Virus record (IMG/VR): IMGVR_UViG_2802429251_000007
Coordinates: 1-30,664 of that record
DNA length: 30,664 bases
Reading direction: 5' to 3' (one strand)
Source of the DNA: a virus
Lineage: Duplodnaviria; Heunggongvirae; Uroviricota; Caudoviricetes
The notes below the pieces were generated by a model. The model saw nothing but the letters and a program-made list of their open reading frames with translations. It searched no databases and was not told the origin of the DNA. Shown here one piece after another: positions 26,717 through 30,664 of the stretch. Made by a program: the position numbers and the translations under genes. Position 1 is the stretch's first letter. Every line of letters begins with the position of its first letter.

Positions 26717-27792
26717 TGGCAAAAAATGACTTTAAAGCATTCGCAACGGGTAAAAATGCCAATGTTATGCCGCAGGAGGAATGGGAAGCGTTGCCTGCGC
26801 TTTTATCCGGATTTACAGCAGGGAAAGCATCCAGTGCGCAAGTCAATAAGGTTATTCGGCAGGCCAGCTTTATTGCATCTGCAATAGCACAATATACAGC
26901 AAATGAAAGTGGACTGGATGTACAGGACGATGGCGATCAGGCCGGCTTTATCGCAAAAATGTCGTCTGCATTAGATAAGAACTATCAGAGAATTAATGCC
27001 ATACTTACCGCACTTGCTAATCTTTCAGCATCCGAAAACAAATTACCGTATTTTACCAATCAAGATACCGCTAATTTGGCTGACCTGACACAGGTTGGGC
27101 GAGATATTTTGGCAAAAAGCTCTGTTGCTGATGTCCTTAAATATCTTGGTCTGGAAGATAATTCGACCTTTCCTGTAGGTGCCCCGATCCCGTGGCCATC
27201 AGATACAGTTCCATCTGGTTATGCTCTGATGCAGGGACAGACTTTTGACAAGTCTGCATACCCGAAACTTGCAGCCGCTTATCCGTCAGGCGTGATCCCT
27301 GATATGCGTGGCTGGACGATTAAGGGCAAGCCCGCCAGTGGTCGTGCCGTATTGTCTCAGGAACAGGACGGCATTAAATCGCACACCCACAGCGCCAGCG
27401 TATCCAGTACGGATTTGGGTACGAAAACCACATCGTCGTTTGATTACGGGACGAAAACAACCTCACTATTTGACTATGGGACCAAAACTACCAGTAACGC
27501 CGGGAGTCACACGCATTCAATACCAACATCAGATGGTGCAAACCAGGGGGGGAAAATTCCACTGACATCTGGGCGTCTGGCAACTCAATATACATCAGCA
27601 ACAACAGGTTCCTCTGGCTCACATTCTCATACTGTAGGTATTGGTTCTCATCAGCACACTGTCGGTATTGGTGCACACACGCACTCCGTTGCGATTGGTT
27701 CACATGGACACACCATCACCGTTAACGCTGCTGGTAACGCGGAAAACACCGTCAAAAACATCGCATTTAACTATATTGTGAGGCTCGCATAA
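26716..27792 (+). CDS. Tail fibre protein with C-terminal HxH-repeat receptor-binding region.
   Basis: [36 protein letters not shown] repeats. TGATG-coupled start MAKNDFKAF. Confidence 0.8.
   Translation: MAKNDFKAFATGKNANVMPQEEWEALPALLSGFTAGKASSAQVNKVIRQASFIASAIAQYTANESGLDVQDDGDQAGFIAKMSSALDKNYQRINAILTALANLSASENKLPYFTNQDTANLADLTQVGRDILAKSSVADVLKYLGLEDNSTFPVGAPIPWPSDTVPSGYALMQGQTFDKSAYPKLAAAYPSGVIPDMRGWTIKGKPASGRAVLSQEQDGIKSHTHSASVSSTDLGTKTTSSFDYGTKTTSLFDYGTKTTSNAGSHTHSIPTSDGANQGGKIPLTSGRLATQYTSATTGSSGSHSHTVGIGSHQHTVGIGAHTHSVAIGSHGHTITVNAAGNAENTVKNIAFNYIVRLA
27413..27493 (+). repeat. Three imperfect tandem 27-nt repeats inside the tail fibre gene, encoding (L/F)DYGTKTTS.
   Basis: Peptide repeat [29 protein letters not shown] read from the translation. 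Confidence 0.6.
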
Positions 27793-28370
27793 TGGAATTC
27801 AGAATGAGTGAACAACCACAGACCATAAAAATTTATAATCTGCTGGCCGGAACTAATGAATTTATTGGTGAAGGTGATGCATACATTCCACCTCATACAG
27901 GTCTGCCAGCAAACAGTACCGATATTGCACCGCCAGATATTCCGGCTGGCTTCGTGGCTGTTTTCAACACTGATGAGGCATCGTGGCATCTCGTTGAAGA
28001 CCATCGGGGTAAAACCGTCTATGACGTGGCTTCCGGCGACGCGTTATTTATTTCTGAACTTGGCCCATTACCGGAAAATGTCACCTGGTTATCCCCGGAA
28101 GGGGAGTTTCAGAAGTGGAACGGTACATCTTGGGTGAAAGATGCAGAAGCAGAAAAACTGTTTCGGAGCCAGGAGGCGGAAGAAACAAAAAACAGCCTGA
28201 TGCAGGTAGCTAGCGAGCATATTGCGCCACTTCAGGATGCTGTAGATTTGGATATTGCGACGGAAGAAGAGGCATCGTTACTGGCTGCATGGAAGACATA
28301 TCGGGTATTGTTGAATCGTGTTGATACAACAGTAGCAGCGGATATTGAGTGGCCAGTCGCCCCACAATAA
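27792..28370 (+). CDS. tfa: Tail fibre assembly chaperone, lambda Tfa-like.
   Basis: [59 protein letters not shown]... is nearly collinear with lambda Tfa. Confidence 0.9.
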   Translation: MEFRMSEQPQTIKIYNLLAGTNEFIGEGDAYIPPHTGLPANSTDIAPPDIPAGFVAVFNTDEASWHLVEDHRGKTVYDVASGDALFISELGPLPENVTWLSPEGEFQKWNGTSWVKDAEAEKLFRSQEAEETKNSLMQVASEHIAPLQDAVDLDIATEEEASLLAAWKTYRVLLNRVDTTVAADIEWPVAPQ

Positions 28371-28379
28371 AAAGAAAAA

Positions 28380-28410
28380 GCCATCGATAGAAATATCGAT
28401 GGCTTTATGT
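28380..28410. terminator. Bidirectional terminator between convergent tfa and the acetyltransferase gene. Stronger for the minus strand.
   Basis: GCCATCGAT-AGAAAT-ATCGATGGC hairpin. T5CT5 run on the minus-strand side, TTT on the plus side. Confidence 0.7.
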
Positions 28411-28413
28411 GCT

Positions 28414-28986
28414 CTATTTATACAATACAACACCGCTCTTTTTAGTTATATATGTGCAGTTCGATGGTATATCTTTATTTATAAAAGACATTGCGCCTAT
28501 TTTTACATTATCCCCAATTTTACGTGATAATCCAATGATGCAACAATTAGCTCCGATATCAACGTTACTACCAATTTTTACTCTTGAACCAGGTATGTCA
28601 CCATCTATCTGTCCAATCGTAGTATTCTGTCGTAACACCAGATTTTCACCAGCATCAACAGCAAAATGAACAACAATTCCAGCGTGATGGGGAATTGTTA
28701 GCCCTTTTCCAATTTTTGCTCCCAGTCCAATCTCGCAACCAAATTTGTTAATTATTTTATTGTTTAACTTTTTAGCAGCTTTCTTATGTAATTTATTACC
28801 ATTAATATACATTTCGTTAGCCAGCCGCCACCAGAAAAGGAAATTCCTGTTACGTTGTTTTTTTTCTCTGAAAAGCCTCCAGATATCCATATACTCCCGC
28901 CGTATTACTTCAGATTTCCAAAAGCTTTTTAAATCAGAAGAATTCCCAAGTAAAACAAAATGAATTGCTATTAAGTAAGATAACAC
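28414..28986 (-). CDS. Hexapeptide-repeat (left-handed beta-helix) acetyltransferase, CysE/serine O-acetyltransferase-like, 190 aa. AT-rich cargo.
   Basis: IGLGAKIGKGLTIPHHAGIVV...IGSNVDIGANCCIIG...IGDNVKIGAMS are hexapeptide repeats with a CysE-like core. GTG start 6 nt after an AAGGAG Shine-Dalgarno. Very low GC. Confidence 0.7.
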   Translation of the reverse strand: MLSYLIAIHFVLLGNSSDLKSFWKSEVIRREYMDIWRLFREKKQRNRNFLFWWRLANEMYINGNKLHKKAAKKLNNKIINKFGCEIGLGAKIGKGLTIPHHAGIVVHFAVDAGENLVLRQNTTIGQIDGDIPGSRVKIGSNVDIGANCCIIGLSRKIGDNVKIGAMSFINKDIPSNCTYITKKSGVVLYK

Positions 28987-29015
28987 GATAATCTCCTTAA
29001 TTATTACTTTCGACC

Positions 29016-29045
29016 ATATTAGCCCTAAATTTAATGAAGTGTAAA
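29016..29045 (-). promoter_or_regulatory. Candidate sigma70 promoter for the acetyltransferase: minus-strand -35 TTTACA, 18-nt spacer, -10 TAATAT.
   Basis: Hexamers read on the reverse complement. Confidence 0.4.
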
Positions 29046-29138
29046 ATCTGGTTGTTTGTTATTTAAAAGCTAAGTTCGTGATACTTTACGGATGCTGAGG
29101 AGAGCATTATACGATATTTTTCTGCACACTCATAGTAA

Positions 29139-29267
29139 CAAACACCAGAACAATGGGCGCAGGCCGGGCGATTAATTGCATCAGGCGTTCCTCGCCAGAA
29201 GGTGGCTATTATCTATGATGTTGGTGTGTCAACTTTGTATAAGAGGTTTCCGGTCGGAGATAAATGA
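29139..29267 (+). pseudogene. pin: 3' remnant (about 42 codons) of a Pin/Gin/Hin-family DNA invertase: the C-terminal HTH only.
   Basis: Translation TPEQWAQAGRLIASGVPRQKVAIIYDVGVSTLYKRFPVGDK* closely matches the C-terminus of E. coli e14 Pin. Stop codons lie immediately upstream. Confidence 0.75.
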
Positions 29268-29564
29268 AACCGTAGCACGTCGTATGCAAGAACGTGCCAC
29301 GGCTGGCTGATGGACGTTCGATAGCGCGAGTTTGAATGAAAATCAGCCGGCGATGATTTTACATAATTGCTACGGAATTATTCAATACAGGAATTGCTTG
29401 TGTATGCATGGATTGACCTGAAATATTCCCGAAAATTTCTCTAAAAAACTCGAAAAAAATGGTAACTAATTGAATGCATTGGTATGCAATGCTATGTGTT
29501 CAGGATTGAAAAATGCGCGCTTTTTTATTTAATATATTGATTTTAAATGATTTTATTTCTCGTT

Positions 29565-29597
29565 GACGAATACAGGAATCGTGTTCGGTCTCTTTTT
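29565..29597 (+). ncRNA. sdsR: 3' terminator fragment of the sRNA SdsR (RyeB). Probable prophage attachment-site core and host junction.
   Basis: GACGAATACAGGAATCGTGTTCGGTCTCTTTTT matches the 3' end of E. coli SdsR (…GACCGAATACAGGAATCGTATTCGGTCTCTTTTT) with two differences. The upstream SdsR body is absent. pphA follows, as in E. coli K-12. Confidence 0.65.
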
Positions 29598-29731
29598 ATC
29601 TGTTAAAAGCCAGAAGCATTCCCTTCGCTGACTTTATAGTCAACCATAACACACACTCTACTGTCTGAGTCCAGCGTTTTTTAACATTCTTGTTAAGATT
29701 ATGTGATCTTTAGCGCGGGAGGAAAATATTG

Positions 29732-30388
29732 ATGAAACAGCCTGCGCCCGTTTATCAGAGAGTTGCGGGTCATCAATGGCGACATATCTGGCTTTCAGGC
29801 GATATACACGGTTGTCTTGAGCAGTTGCGCCGCAAATTATGGCATTGTCGTTTTGATCCGTGGCGAGATTTACTTATCTCAGTGGGAGACGTTATCGATC
29901 GTGGGCCGCAAAGTTTACGTTGCCTGCAGTTACTGGAACAACATTGGGTTCGTGCGGTAAGAGGCAATCATGAACAGATGGCGATGGATGCGCTGGCATC
30001 CCAGCAGATGTCATTGTGGTTGATGAATGGCGGCGACTGGTTTATTGCGCTGGCAGATAATCAACAGAAACAAGCGAAAACGGCGCTGGAAAAATGTCAG
30101 TATTTGCCCTTTATTCTTGAAGTACACAGTCGCACCGGCAAACATGTTATTGCCCATGCCGATTATCCGGATGATGTTTATGAATGGCAAAAGGACGTCG
30201 ATTTGCATCAGGTCTTGTGGAGCCGCTCACGATTACGTGAAGGCCAAAAAGGGCAGGGAATTACAGGTGCTGATCATTTCTGGTTTGGTCATACACCGTT
30301 GCGCCATCGCGTGGATATTGGCAACCTGCATTATATTGATACCGGTGCTGTCTTTGGGGGAGAACTGACTCTTGTGCAATTGCAATAA
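29732..30388 (+). CDS. pphA: Serine/threonine protein phosphatase 1 (host gene).
   Basis: MKQPAPVYQRVAGHQWRHIWLSGDIHGCLEQLRRKLWHCRFDPW... is near-identical to E. coli PphA/PrpA. GGGAGG Shine-Dalgarno. Confidence 0.95.
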   Translation: MKQPAPVYQRVAGHQWRHIWLSGDIHGCLEQLRRKLWHCRFDPWRDLLISVGDVIDRGPQSLRCLQLLEQHWVRAVRGNHEQMAMDALASQQMSLWLMNGGDWFIALADNQQKQAKTALEKCQYLPFILEVHSRTGKHVIAHADYPDDVYEWQKDVDLHQVLWSRSRLREGQKGQGITGADHFWFGHTPLRHRVDIGNLHYIDTGAVFGGELTLVQLQ

Positions 30389-30580
30389 TTAAAAATCACC
30401 GTACTCCTGTGCAGGTCGCCAGAAACCATCTATAAAATCCTCAATCGGAAAACAACCGCCATGGCGGATCCGTTGATCGCTCATAGAATAAAGACACTGT
30501 TGTTCCGTGTTGTAGACATCCACAACAATATCTTCACAACCGCCATCCAGGTAGCAAACAAAAAGTACCAGCGCGAACAT
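30389..30580 (-). CDS. yebW: Host small protein YebW, 63 aa.
   Basis: MFALVLFVCYLDGGCEDIVVDVYNTEQQCLYSMSDQRIRHGGCFPIEDFIDGFWRPAQEYGDF matches E. coli YebW. Convergent with pphA. Confidence 0.85.
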   Translation of the reverse strand: MFALVLFVCYLDGGCEDIVVDVYNTEQQCLYSMSDQRIRHGGCFPIEDFIDGFWRPAQEYGDF

Positions 30581-30664
30581 TTCATCCCCGAAGTGTGGTG
30601 CCGTACCGTTAAGTTTAGGAGAGATTTTACAACGGGGGAATAACCAGGACAAATAACCCGCCAT

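Noticed and set aside
29500-29530. A5-TGCGCGC-T6 palindrome as a possible terminator or att core
   Set aside because: The GC core is too short to form a stable stem with a loop. It is more likely just an AT-rich spacer, and the SdsR terminator 40 nt downstream is the convincing element.
30581-30664. N-terminal 28-codon extension of the yebW frame up to the window edge (MAGYLSWLFPRCKISPKLNGTAPHFGDE)
   Set aside because: E. coli YebW is 63 aa and starts at the internal Met (MFALVLFV…). The extension is simply the open frame upstream and is cut by the window end.

Overview
This window holds the right-hand part of a mosaic prophage of an Escherichia/Shigella-like enterobacterium, roughly bases 1-29600, followed by host DNA. 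The prophage ends inside the 3' terminator of the sRNA gene sdsR (ryeB). The host genes after it are pphA (prpA) and yebW.

Gene order, left to right:
- **Nin-like region.** A 263-aa hypothetical protein, two tiny hydrophobic ORFs, an apparently intact hok/gef-family type I toxin locus (mok/hok frames, a 5'-3' tac/fbi complementarity and a terminator), a DUF1367 protein and a DUF1364 (YbcO-like) protein.
- **Late control.** A Q-type antiterminator with a PR'-like promoter and a tR' terminator.
- **Cargo slot between Q and the lysis genes.** An ORF6N antirepressor-like gene cut at codon 6 by a complete 768-bp IS1 with 8-bp target duplications, then two adjacent tRNA genes (thrU-like UGU and glyT-like UCC), followed by stacked terminators.
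- **Lysis cassette.** A holin, a second membrane protein, an M15 peptidase endolysin and a 60-aa lipoprotein.
- **Between lysis and terminase.** A KTSC-domain gene on the minus strand, in the position lambda uses for bor, overlapping a divergent small ORF.
- **Packaging and head.** Small and large terminase, portal, MuF-like protein, scaffold-like protein, decoration-like protein and major capsid.
- **Contractile tail.** DUF3383 sheath, DUF3277 tube, a chaperone with a -1 frameshift at A-AAT-TTT, tape measure, baseplate proteins (hub-like, V spike, W, J, I), a tail fibre with HxH repeats, and a lambda-like Tfa.

The least explained elements are three AT-rich cargo insertions:
1. A 241-aa lipoprotein gene with its own terminator, wedged inside the baseplate operon.
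2. A convergent CysE-like hexapeptide acetyltransferase gene with its own promoter and terminator, sitting where an invertible tail-fibre segment would be, next to a 42-codon remnant of a Pin/Gin invertase.
3. The KTSC unit in the bor position.

No CRISPR array was seen. All calls rest on reading the sequence and recalling protein families; no database search was run.
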